A program made the translations under genes and the position numbers. The notes below the pieces were generated by a model. It was not told the origin of the DNA. It was given only the letters and a program-made list of their open reading frames with translations, and ran no database searches. Below are positions 35,875-44,851 of a stretch of DNA of 64,000 nucleotides, in pieces (within the stretch, counting starts at the first letter, position 1; every line of letters starts with the position of its first letter). The DNA is taken from the NCBI GenBank assembly GCA_964476155.1, contig CAYYYS010000003.1, positions 52,489 to 116,488 of the forward strand, read 5' to 3'. The DNA comes from an uncultured Fibrobacteraceae bacterium (GTDB lineage Bacteria; Krumholzibacteriota; Krumholzibacteriia; LZORAL124-64-63).

Positions 35875-37281
35875 TCATCCGCCGATCTGCGCCATGCTGT
35901 CGAAGGTCCGGTCGGTCCGTTCCCGTTCCGCGGCCCGACCATCCAGAAGTCGATTGGCGACCGACGTCCGAATGGCCTGTTCGAGCAGATCGTCTCGGGC
36001 GCCCTCGCGCTGCAGACGACCCAGATCGGCTCCGGTGGCTCCGTAGAGACAGGTCCGCAGCCGTCCCCTCGCGTCCAGGCGTAGTCGGCTGCACCCCGCG
36101 CAGAACGTGCGGCTGTGCCCCCTGATGACGCCGACCCGGCCCCGGTGTCCGGGTATCGTGTACAGGTCGTCGACGTCGGCCGCCGCGTTCGGGCTCTCTT
36201 GCAACTCGAAGCGGACGCGCAGACGCTCGATGATCTCGTCCCCCGTTATGCCCCGAGCGAGCCTCTCACCCGACCCGACGAAAGGCATGGGCTCGATGAA
36301 GCGTACGGTAACGTCCCGCTCGCGAGTCAATTCGACGAAGGCCGGGAGTTCGTCGTCGTTGACGCCGGGGATCACCACGACGTTGATCTTGAGAGCCAGC
36401 CCCGCCGCGGGGATCAGGTCCAGCAGGGGGCGAACCCGCGGCAATTCGTCGCGGCGCGTGACGTGCCGATAGGTGTCGCGATCCAGGGAGTCGAGGCTGA
36501 GATTAACGCGGCGGACACCCGCCGCGGGGAGGTCGGCGAGGCGGTCAGCAAGCAAGACGCCGTTGGTGGTGAGCAGGATCTCGGGTCGTGAGGGCAGCTC
36601 CGCCAAACGGGCCATGAAGCGAAGCACGCCTTTGCGAACCAGGGGTTCACCGCCGGTCAGGCGAATCTTACGTATCCCCACCCCTGCGAACAGGGCGGTC
36701 AAGCGATACAATTCCTCGAAGGACAGCACATCGCGGTGACTCACAAGCGGAATACCGTCAGTGGGCATGCAGTACCGACACCGCAGATTGCAGCGATCGG
36801 TGACCGACAGGCGCAGATAGTCGAGCTGGCGGCCCTGGGGATCGCGAAGTGGTTCGATAAGAGCAGATCCAGCCGACGCTGAAGCACCAGGAGGCCCGGT
36901 GTGCGGGAGGGGCATGTTTTCCTTCCAAGTACGGGAGCTGATCACGCCGTTTCCCGCGTGACCGTAGCGGCCCTTCGCCGTGTCCCGATCAGGGGATTTA
37001 GGTAGCCGGGCTGGGAAAACACAGTCTTGTGTTGTATGCTGCGACTCCAGAGACGCCCTGTACACTTCCAGTTTTGGTAGCGCGCTGGTCTTGTCGCCCT
37101 CAACCAAAACGAGATCCATCGCATTAAACCACAAGGACAGGATACTGTCCAGAGAGTGCTCGGGCCTAGCCCGGGTCACTACGGCAATCCTGGTCCCCGA
37201 TGCGATGACCTTTTCCAACAGGGTCGTCTTGCCCGTACCCGAACGAGCGACGAAAGCCACGGCCGGTGGATGTCTGGTCAT
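35875..37281 (-). CDS. moaA: fusion of shortened MobB-like P-loop domain and GTP 3',8-cyclase MoaA (radical SAM)
   Basis: The N-terminus AFVARSGTGKTTLLEKVI...DLVLVEGDKTSALPKLEVYRA resembles MobB with an internal deletion. It runs in-frame into a MoaA domain with CNLRCRYC (the radical SAM CxxxCxxC) and GGEPLVRKG. The start is ambiguous between 37356 and 37281. Confidence 0.75.
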   Translation of the reverse strand: MTRHPPAVAFVARSGTGKTTLLEKVIASGTRIAVVTRARPEHSLDSILSLWFNAMDLVLVEGDKTSALPKLEVYRASLESQHTTQDCVFPARLPKSPDRDTAKGRYGHAGNGVISSRTWKENMPLPHTGPPGASASAGSALIEPLRDPQGRQLDYLRLSVTDRCNLRCRYCMPTDGIPLVSHRDVLSFEELYRLTALFAGVGIRKIRLTGGEPLVRKGVLRFMARLAELPSRPEILLTTNGVLLADRLADLPAAGVRRVNLSLDSLDRDTYRHVTRRDELPRVRPLLDLIPAAGLALKINVVVIPGVNDDELPAFVELTRERDVTVRFIEPMPFVGSGERLARGITGDEIIERLRVRFELQESPNAAADVDDLYTIPGHRGRVGVIRGHSRTFCAGCSRLRLDARGRLRTCLYGATGADLGRLQREGARDDLLEQAIRTSVANRLLDGRAAERERTDRTFDSMAQIGG

Positions 37282-37470
37282 AGCTTGCCTCCCAGGCCTT
37301 CGATCTGCGTCAGAAGTGTATCCGCATATATCCTGTAACATGAGACCACTCTGCACAGCCGAAATGGCCTCAGACTGAATCCCCCCGATCCCCCCGATTC
37401 CAGTTTACCCCCACCCGACAATCGGCTATCATGATGATTCACACGACGCCCCTACCCGAAAGGAGCGGAC

Positions 37471-37776
37471 ATGCTGCGAATCCTCCTGCTGCTGATCCTA
37501 GTCCTCCTGGCCTGTACATCCTGCACCCCTCAATACGAAGAATCCGATGGACTGGTCGACTTCACCGACATCCCCGCCGAGTGGGGCCAGTTGGTTTCGG
37601 TGACCAAGTACAAGGATTCCCGCTACTACGAACTGTGGTTCAGCAATGCCGAGACGGGCTCGATCACCCACGTCCCCTTGGCCCGTGATTCCTGGAAGAT
37701 CAAGCTGGAGAAGGTGCGAACCGTTCCGCGCAGCGAAGCGACCACGGACCTGTTGAGAGTCGGAGGTGGGTCATGA
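37471..37776 (+). CDS. hypothetical small lipoprotein
   Basis: An AAAGGAG SD, a signal peptide and a lipobox (LLILVLLACTSC). 101 aa, no recognisable family. Confidence 0.5.
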   Translation: MLRILLLLILVLLACTSCTPQYEESDGLVDFTDIPAEWGQLVSVTKYKDSRYYELWFSNAETGSITHVPLARDSWKIKLEKVRTVPRSEATTDLLRVGGGS

Positions 37777-38003
37777 GGTTCGAAACCCTGTTGAGCGCCT
37801 TCAGCCGCACACTCTTTATCGTAGCTTTGCTGGTCTTCGTACTGGCGGTAGTGGAGAAGACGGCCAACATGAACGGCCAGACCCTGGCCTTCATGAACTA
37901 TTCACCCGGACGATTGATGGAAATCTCGGGAATCCTGCTGCTCTTCGTGGTCACGGTAACGCTCAGACGAATTCGCAAGATATTACAGAAGCCGCAAGAG
38001 TAG
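37773..38003 (+). CDS. hypothetical small membrane protein (2 TM)
   Basis: Its start overlaps the stop of the lipoprotein gene (ATGA). Two hydrophobic helices and a basic C-terminus (RRIRKILQKPQE). Confidence 0.4.
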   Translation: MRFETLLSAFSRTLFIVALLVFVLAVVEKTANMNGQTLAFMNYSPGRLMEISGILLLFVVTVTLRRIRKILQKPQE

Positions 38004-38072
38004 CAGGCTGCTGAAGAATTCATCCGGTACACGGCGTAGCCTCTCGTCGGCCTCACGTGGGGCTGACGGGGC

Positions 38073-39176
38073 TCAGTCGTCCGAATCATATTCGGGGACC
38101 TGACCACGGGCGTGATGATACTTGGGGTCGTCCAACTCCTGCACGCGCCATTGGAATTCATCCCGTGAGATACTCGTGTGCCAGGCCCCTGCCAGTTTGG
38201 CGACGCCGATCCCCCCGAAAAAGACCAGGACCACGCCGGCCGCGAAGACCATTGGGCGCACCTTGCCGCGCCAGCCCAAGGTCGACCGCACTTCCAGCGC
38301 TTCGGGAGCGGGACACTGGGTGACACACTCCAGACAACCCGTACACTCGGGGTCGTCCACGCGGGTCCTGCGATCCACATCCAGATAGGCGGGACACACC
38401 GCGGCACAACGACCGCAATCGGTACAGTCGGGGGCGCGGCGTACGATCTTCAGGGGCGAAAGCGCCGAGAGCAGGCCCAGCAGGGCGCCATAGGGACATA
38501 GATACCGACACCAGAAATAGGGAGCCACGAACGACAGGCCGACCAGCACGGCCAGCACCTGGGCGGTCAGCGACGACATGCGGGTAAAAAAATAGAGCAT
38601 CTTGATGTCGGCGATCCTGTTGTACGGCGATTCCAGGAAGAGCGCGATATCGCGCGGGTTCATCTGGATGAAGACCGCGTAGACGAGGTAGCCGATCAGC
38701 AGGTATTTCAGCGACATCAGGGGACGGTCGATCCAGACGGGCAGCTTCAGGCGCCGCCGGAAAATCCGGTAAGAGGCGCGCGCCAGGTATTCCGAGATCG
38801 TCCCCGCAGGGCACAGCCACGAGCAGAATGACTTCTTGAGCAGCACCGCCGACAGGCAGATCAAACCGAAGAGCACCAGACCGGCGGGGTGGATCAGGGA
38901 GAAGTCGCCGCTGGCGAGCCAGTGCTTGAGACTGATCATGGCCGAGATGGGCAGGAAGCCCTCGACCCCCGGGGGCCGCACACCGCCGGCTTCCAATCGC
39001 TCCAACCGGGAGACCCAGTCCGCGAACTGCACGCCGATCACGACGATCACCGCAAGCGTGATGAGCTGCACCGCTTGGCGGATGCGCAGGGGGTGACGCT
39101 GCTTGGACTTGAAGACGAGGGCCTTACGCTTGGCGCGGTCGACGCGCTCGGCAAGGTCACGCTTGGGGAAAATCAT
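38073..39176 (-). CDS. membrane-bound 4Fe-4S polyferredoxin (NapH/MauN/CcoG-N-terminal-like)
   Basis: CSWLCPAG and CRYLCPYG TM-embedded motifs, plus two ferredoxin motifs CTDCGRCAAVCP and CTGCLECVTQCP. The start is the Met at 39176 (MIFPKRDL). Confidence 0.75.
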   Translation of the reverse strand: MIFPKRDLAERVDRAKRKALVFKSKQRHPLRIRQAVQLITLAVIVVIGVQFADWVSRLERLEAGGVRPPGVEGFLPISAMISLKHWLASGDFSLIHPAGLVLFGLICLSAVLLKKSFCSWLCPAGTISEYLARASYRIFRRRLKLPVWIDRPLMSLKYLLIGYLVYAVFIQMNPRDIALFLESPYNRIADIKMLYFFTRMSSLTAQVLAVLVGLSFVAPYFWCRYLCPYGALLGLLSALSPLKIVRRAPDCTDCGRCAAVCPAYLDVDRRTRVDDPECTGCLECVTQCPAPEALEVRSTLGWRGKVRPMVFAAGVVLVFFGGIGVAKLAGAWHTSISRDEFQWRVQELDDPKYHHARGQVPEYDSDD

Positions 39177-39600
39177 GGGTACCTTCGACACGCAGTTCCA
39201 CATCGACCGTTCCGTCGGCCATCTCACGGACCGTATGCTCGTCGAGCATCGACAGGATGCGGGTGCGCAGTTTGAGCCAGGCGGGGTGCAGGGCGCAGGG
39301 GTTCGTATCGTCGCAGTGGGACAGTCCCATCAGACAGCCGCTCCCCCATGAATCGCCCTCGGTCGGGGCGACGACTTCCCGTAGGTGGATTTCTGCGGCC
39401 GGTCGGGACAGGGTGTAACCACCGCCCGGTCCGCGACGGCTGGTCACCAGCCCGGCCTGGACCAGACGGTTGAGGATCTTGGCCACCATGGGCAGGGAGA
39501 TGTCGAGCTTGACGGCCAGTTCGGCGTTGGCCACCAGCCCCTTGGCACGGGCGAGCACCGTTGCGGCATGTAGCGCGTAGCGGGTCTCCGTCTTGAACAT
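39157..39600 (-). CDS. Rrf2 family transcriptional regulator (IscR/NsrR-like, Cys-containing)
   Basis: The Rrf2 wHTH N-terminus (YALHAATVLARAKG...LPMVAKILNRLVQAGLVTSRRGPGGGYTL) is followed by three spaced Cys residues (C..C.....C) for a likely Fe-S cluster. Its 3' end overlaps the polyferredoxin start by 20 nt. Confidence 0.85.
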   Translation of the reverse strand: MFKTETRYALHAATVLARAKGLVANAELAVKLDISLPMVAKILNRLVQAGLVTSRRGPGGGYTLSRPAAEIHLREVVAPTEGDSWGSGCLMGLSHCDDTNPCALHPAWLKLRTRILSMLDEHTVREMADGTVDVELRVEGTHDFPQA

Positions 39601-39651
39601 CGCATCCCCGATCGGGTGTACGAGACTGATATCCCTGGTTAATTCTATACC

Positions 39652-39733
39652 TATCGATAATCTTTTGAGGGCGTCTCGTCAAGTAGCTTGCGGACAACGA
39701 TAGTCTTGTTCATCGCGATATATCGATTATTAT
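39652..39733. promoter_or_regulatory. AT-rich divergent promoter region with two TATCGAT(A/T)AT motifs (candidate Rrf2 operators)
   Basis: Lies in the 200-bp gap between divergent Rrf2 and resB starts. It has a locally low GC, the palindrome TATCGATA at 39652-39659 and ATATATCGATTATTAT at 39718-39733. Confidence 0.3.
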
Positions 39734-39799
39734 GGTCCGATGTGATCGGGTTGCTCCCCAATCATCCCGGCCACCTTCGACCGACCAACGAACGTCTCC

Positions 39800-41524
39800 A
39801 TGAAATGGACGGTAAACGTGAACGGTTTTCTTCGTCTTCGACCGGTCAGGGTCCTGGCCTCGATGAAGCTGAGCGTGGTGCTGCTGGTAATTTTTGCCGT
39901 GGCCATCGCCAAGGCGACCTTCATCGAGTCGCAATGGGGCGCCGTCGGCGCCCGCGACATGGTCTACAACGCCCCTTGGTTCGAAGGGCTCCTGGCCCTG
40001 TTGATCGTCAGTCTCACCCTGGTGCTCTTCGCGCGCGCTCCCTACAAGCCGCGTCAGTACGGCTCGGTCGTGATCCACATAGCCGTGATCTGGATCCTGG
40101 TTGCCGCCGGCATCACGCGCTATATGGGCTACGAGGGCATCATGCCCATCCGCGAGGGTGCGTCGATCGATCATATGTTCTCCCGCCAGCCCCATGTGCA
40201 GTTGACGATCGACGGTGTAACCAAGTCGTTCCCGGTCAGGCTATACCGACCAGGCGCAACCGGCATTCACCAGGATCTCGACGGCTACCACGTGGCGGTC
40301 GAAGAGTACTGGCCCCGTTTCGCCGAGAGCCTCCAGGCCTCCGACGAGGGCCCGGCGGCCCTGCGCCTGACCCTGAGCGGCGACGACGGCGTCGAAGACG
40401 TCTTCCTGATCGAGAACGAGCGTCGCACCTTCGGCGGTTTGGCCATGCACTACGAAAACGGCCCCCTGCCCGAATCGAGCGGTGTCTCGCCCTGGGGCCG
40501 ACTCCGCATGCGCGGCGGCGGCGAACCGATGAGCTTCGACGTACCCGACGCGGTGCCGGCGACCTTCGAGCAGGCCGGCTGGCGATTCACCATTACCGAG
40601 TTCCAGACCGACTTCAAGGTGGGCGGCGAGACCGACTATTCCGGCGAGTTGCGCAACCCCATGATCCGCGTGGACGTGGCCGCGCCCGACGGCCGCGTCG
40701 GTGAGAAGGTCCTCTTCGCCTTCCACCCCGAGTTCTCCATGAACCACGGCGGCGCCGAGGAGGACTTCCCCGATCTCGATATCCTTTTCCAGTTCGAACG
40801 CGGCGTGACCTTTGGCCGGGACGACACCGGCAACCTGGTTGCCCGCGCGTCACAGCCCCTGGAGTCGATGGGTATGGCTGATGAAGCCGAACCGTCGGCA
40901 ATCGAGGCGGGCCAGGCCTTCCCGATCGACACCGCAACGGAGTATCGCGGCGACGGCGGCGGCCCCGCGTTCATGATGCGGGAAGCCCTCGACCACGTGC
41001 AGACCCTGCCGGCCCTGTCCCACGACGAGCGCGCCCCGGCGGCCGCCCGCATCTCGGTGACGAACCAGGCCGGCGCCCGCGCCGAAGCCATCGCCATCAA
41101 GGGCGACAAGCGCGGCGAGACGGTCATGATCGGCGACCGGCAAGCCGTGCTGCGACTGGGATCGATCGTCATCGATCTGCCCTACGAGATCCATCTGGAC
41201 GATTTCAAACTGCTCAACTATCCGGGCAGCCGCAACCCTGCCAGTTACGAGAGCCACGTTCGCCTGATCGACTCTGAACTGGGCATCGACGGCGAACCGG
41301 CGCGCATCTACATGAACCATCCGCTCAGTCATCGGGGGTTCAAGCACTTCCAGTCGTCATACGATCCCGACGAACTGGGCACGGTGCTGTCGGTGAACTA
41401 CGACCCCGGCAAGATCCCCACCTATCTCGGCTACGGGTTGCTCACCCTGGGCTTCCTGTTGCTTCTGCTCCGGGACCTCATCTGGCCTGCCCGACACGGC
41501 GAATCCGCAGGGAGGACGTCATGA
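39800..41524 (+). CDS. resB: cytochrome c biogenesis protein ResB/CcsB (System II)
   Basis: An N-terminal TM region (VVLLVIFAVAIAKATFIE) is followed by a large periplasmic domain and a C-terminal TM helix. The C-terminal region HPLSHRGFKHFQSSY is typical of ResB. Confidence 0.85.
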   Translation: MKWTVNVNGFLRLRPVRVLASMKLSVVLLVIFAVAIAKATFIESQWGAVGARDMVYNAPWFEGLLALLIVSLTLVLFARAPYKPRQYGSVVIHIAVIWILVAAGITRYMGYEGIMPIREGASIDHMFSRQPHVQLTIDGVTKSFPVRLYRPGATGIHQDLDGYHVAVEEYWPRFAESLQASDEGPAALRLTLSGDDGVEDVFLIENERRTFGGLAMHYENGPLPESSGVSPWGRLRMRGGGEPMSFDVPDAVPATFEQAGWRFTITEFQTDFKVGGETDYSGELRNPMIRVDVAAPDGRVGEKVLFAFHPEFSMNHGGAEEDFPDLDILFQFERGVTFGRDDTGNLVARASQPLESMGMADEAEPSAIEAGQAFPIDTATEYRGDGGGPAFMMREALDHVQTLPALSHDERAPAAARISVTNQAGARAEAIAIKGDKRGETVMIGDRQAVLRLGSIVIDLPYEIHLDDFKLLNYPGSRNPASYESHVRLIDSELGIDGEPARIYMNHPLSHRGFKHFQSSYDPDELGTVLSVNYDPGKIPTYLGYGLLTLGFLLLLLRDLIWPARHGESAGRTS

Positions 41525-43287
41525 ACCGCACCACGAAGACCCTGGCGACAACCTTCCTGATCATACTCGCCCTGGCCACGACGGCCAGCGCCCAGGAACA
41601 CGACCACACCCAGGCCCAGGCGCCGCGCTTCAACTACCTGGACCCGTCCAACCGCGACCTGGCCCGCGACCTGGCCCTGCAGGATTTCCGGGGACGCATG
41701 AAGCCCCTGGACACCCATGCGCGCGAGATCATCATGAAGGTCGCCAAGCGCGAGACCTTCGAGGGCTGGGAGCCGCTGGACCTCTACCTGAGCTGGGCTA
41801 CCCATGCCTCGTTCTGGTACGACTACGATCTGGTCTACGTGAAACATCCCGGCGTGAAGGCCCTGCTCGGCATTCCCGAGGACCAGGGCGAGGCCCATTT
41901 CGGTTCGCCGGGCAAGGCCGTGTGGATCAGCGCCGCCCGCCTGATCGACGGCAACCGGTACGTGCTGGGCGACGCCGTGCGCGAAGCCCTGCGGACACCC
42001 GACGCCGAGCGGACCAAGGTGCAGCGCAAGCTCCTGAAGTTCGACGAGCGCTTCAACATCTTCTGGAACGTGATCAACGGGGGCGGGCTCAAGATTTTCC
42101 CGATTCCCGGCGACGCGAACAATACCTGGCTCGACTTCAACGAGATCCGCGAGACGGATCTCCCGGCGGAGATCACCACGGCGGCCGACGCCCTGGCCCT
42201 GGGCCTGCGCGACATGGACAACGGTCGTATCCGACTGGCCCTCGAGACCATGCGCACCCTGCAGGCCACCCACGGCGCCGAGGTGCTCCCTTCGGGGGCC
42301 TCGCTCGACGCCGAGCTGTGGCTCAACGCCCACCATCCCTTCCGCAACGTGACGCTGCCGTATCTGGTGGCGTTCCTGGTGCTGATCGTAGCGTTTTTCT
42401 GGAGCCTGGGTAAGCGCAACGGCGAACCCTACCGGTGGCGGCATCCGCTGTACGCCATTGGCCTGTTGGTCTATTGGTGTGCGACCGGCTACCTCCTCTA
42501 CGCCTTTGTCCTGCGCTGGGTCGCCTCGGCGCGAGCGCCCCTGAGCAACGGCTACGAATCGCTGATCTTCATCGCCCTGTCCACGGCCATCGCCGGCGCG
42601 ATCTTCGAGTTCCGCGACCGGCGCGGGTCGGCGGCGGCCGTTTCGGCACTGCTGACGACGTTGATCCTGTCGGTGGCCATGCTGTCGACCTTCGACCCGG
42701 CCATCGGGCCGCTGGTGCCGGTGCTCGCCTCCTACTGGCTCAACATCCACGTCACCGTGATCACCGGCAGCTACGGTTTTCTGGGACTCGGCTCGCTGCT
42801 GGGCGGCCTGACCCTCATCCTCCACCTGCTCAAGGGACCGGGGCGCCGGACCATCCGCGACGCCATCATCAAGCTGGATCACCTCCAGTTCCGCGTGCTG
42901 GTGACCGGCCTGGGACTGCTGAGTATCGGCACCTTCCTGGGCGGCGTGTGGGCCAACGAGTCGTGGGGGCGCTACTGGGGCTGGGATCCCAAGGAGACCT
43001 GGAGCCTGGTCACCATCCTGGTCTACGCGGTGGCGATCCACTTCCGCTGGATTCCGCAATTGAACCGCCCCATTGTCCTGGCCACGAGCGCCTACGCGGG
43101 TATCGCCTCGGTGGTGATGACCTATTTCGGCGTCAACTATTTCCTGAGCGGACTGCACAGCTACGCCCAGGGCGACTCCACACAGGTGCCCGACTGGGTC
43201 TACATCATATCGGCGTTCATGCTGGTCCTGATCACGGCGGCCTGGCTGGTCGATCGGGCCCGCAGCTGGGAACCCGAATCGAACTGA
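41521..43287 (+). CDS. ccsA: cytochrome c biogenesis protein CcsA/ResC with large N-terminal periplasmic domain
   Basis: Overlaps the resB stop. A signal peptide precedes the W-rich heme-handling motif WANESWGRYWGWDPKETW (WWD domain) and multiple TM helices. Confidence 0.85.
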   Translation: MNRTTKTLATTFLIILALATTASAQEHDHTQAQAPRFNYLDPSNRDLARDLALQDFRGRMKPLDTHAREIIMKVAKRETFEGWEPLDLYLSWATHASFWYDYDLVYVKHPGVKALLGIPEDQGEAHFGSPGKAVWISAARLIDGNRYVLGDAVREALRTPDAERTKVQRKLLKFDERFNIFWNVINGGGLKIFPIPGDANNTWLDFNEIRETDLPAEITTAADALALGLRDMDNGRIRLALETMRTLQATHGAEVLPSGASLDAELWLNAHHPFRNVTLPYLVAFLVLIVAFFWSLGKRNGEPYRWRHPLYAIGLLVYWCATGYLLYAFVLRWVASARAPLSNGYESLIFIALSTAIAGAIFEFRDRRGSAAAVSALLTTLILSVAMLSTFDPAIGPLVPVLASYWLNIHVTVITGSYGFLGLGSLLGGLTLILHLLKGPGRRTIRDAIIKLDHLQFRVLVTGLGLLSIGTFLGGVWANESWGRYWGWDPKETWSLVTILVYAVAIHFRWIPQLNRPIVLATSAYAGIASVVMTYFGVNYFLSGLHSYAQGDSTQVPDWVYIISAFMLVLITAAWLVDRARSWEPESN

Positions 43288-43309
43288 CCGCCATCTTATT
43301 GGATGACAA

Positions 43310-43341
43310 GGGCCTCCCGTTTTTCACGGGGGGCCTTTTTC
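43310..43341 (+). terminator. rho-independent terminator after ccsA
   Basis: GGGCCTCCCG-tttttca-CGGGGGGCC followed by TTTTT. Confidence 0.6.
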
Positions 43342-43487
43342 ATGTGAATTTCCGGGAAAAACCGATATCAGGTATCCGGAAAGTTGTGGTAGGGTCGGGC
43401 GGTTAACTTGAAAATCACATGGGAACGTGTCACTCCCCACACCACCGGGCGCCATCGCGCTCGGCAGCACAAGCCAAAGGAGGCGCG

Positions 43488-44837
43488 ATGGACAGGACCA
43501 AGAAACTGCTCCTTCTCGCGGGCATTGTATGCCTGCTCGGAGCCGGAGCCGCGTACGGCAGCGGCTTCAACATCTACGAGGCCGGCGCCAGGGCCACGGC
43601 TCTCGGCGGCGCCTTTACCGCCACGGCCGACGACGGCTCGGCCATTTTCTACAACCCGGCCGGACTGGCCTTCCTTGAAGGTACAGGTCTGGACATCAAC
43701 CTGATGCCGATCATTCCCACGGCCGAGTTCACGGGAGTCGTCAATCCTGACGGCATCAGCGATCCAGCCTCGGGCAAAACCGCGGACCAGACCTTCCCCA
43801 TTCCCGGCGCCTACTTCTACAAGAACACCGGCGAACTGACCTGGGGCATCGGCCTCTACGCGCCCTTCGGTCTGGGCGTCAAGTGGGCCGATCCCGACGA
43901 ATGGGTCGGTCGCCAAGTGAGCTACAACGTGGACCTGGCCACCGTCTACATCACGCCGGCGATCGCCTGGAAGGTGAACGAGGACGTGGCCCTGAGCTTC
44001 GGCGTGGACATCGCCCACACCTCGCTCACGCTTAACCGGCGTATGCTGTCGGAAGCTCTCGGCGAAGTCACCGAGTTCGACGCGGTCGACGTGACCATCG
44101 AAGGCGACAGCAAGTTCAACTTCACGCCCTCGGCCGGCGCCATGATCAAGGCCAACGACGAGTTGACCTTCGGCCTGATGTACCACCACAAGAAGACGAT
44201 GCTGGTCACCGAAGGCACGCTGACGCTGGAGAACATCGCTCCGGACGGCTTCGCCGCGAACGTGGACGATTTGATCTCCGGCCTCGGCGGCAACACCCAC
44301 ACCGGCAGCACCGAGATGAAACTGCCCCACATGCTCAGCCTGGCGGTGGCCTACCAGCTCACCGAGAAAGCCCGCGTCGAGTTCGACGCCGTGCACTTCG
44401 GCTGGAGCCACTTCGACGAGATCTATCTGGACTTCGGCAACGAACTGCTCAACAGCACCATCCCCGAAGCCTACGAGGACGTGTGGCAACTGCGCTTCGG
44501 CGCCGAGTACGACGTCAACGAGAAGCTGAGCCTGATGGGCGGCTATGTGCGCGACAAGTCGCCGCAGCCCGTCGAGTCCATGAGCCCGTTGCTGCCCGAC
44601 TCCAGCCGCGACGACTTCAGCCTCGGTGTGCAGTACAAGATCAGCGACAAGGTTACGCTGACGGGTACTTACATGGGCGTGAACTTCGAGGAGCGCACCA
44701 ACGTGGGTGCGGACGGTCGCCAGATCGTCTTCCCCGACGAGTTGGAAGAGCACGGGTTGGGTCCCTATCCGAACCCGGCCGGAACCTATGACTCCTATGC
44801 CGACATCTTCGGTGTGGGCATCAGCTACCGCTTCTAG
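43488..44837 (+). CDS. outer membrane transport protein, OmpP1/FadL/TodX family
   Basis: An AAAGGAGG SD and signal peptide (MDRTKKLLLLAGIVCLLGAGAAYG) are followed by a beta-barrel-like alternating pattern and GFNIYEAGARATALGGAF. It ends in the aromatic C-terminal ISYRF. Confidence 0.75.
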   Translation: MDRTKKLLLLAGIVCLLGAGAAYGSGFNIYEAGARATALGGAFTATADDGSAIFYNPAGLAFLEGTGLDINLMPIIPTAEFTGVVNPDGISDPASGKTADQTFPIPGAYFYKNTGELTWGIGLYAPFGLGVKWADPDEWVGRQVSYNVDLATVYITPAIAWKVNEDVALSFGVDIAHTSLTLNRRMLSEALGEVTEFDAVDVTIEGDSKFNFTPSAGAMIKANDELTFGLMYHHKKTMLVTEGTLTLENIAPDGFAANVDDLISGLGGNTHTGSTEMKLPHMLSLAVAYQLTEKARVEFDAVHFGWSHFDEIYLDFGNELLNSTIPEAYEDVWQLRFGAEYDVNEKLSLMGGYVRDKSPQPVESMSPLLPDSSRDDFSLGVQYKISDKVTLTGTYMGVNFEERTNVGADGRQIVFPDELEEHGLGPYPNPAGTYDSYADIFGVGISYRF

Positions 44838-44851
44838 AAAGGAGGACTGCC

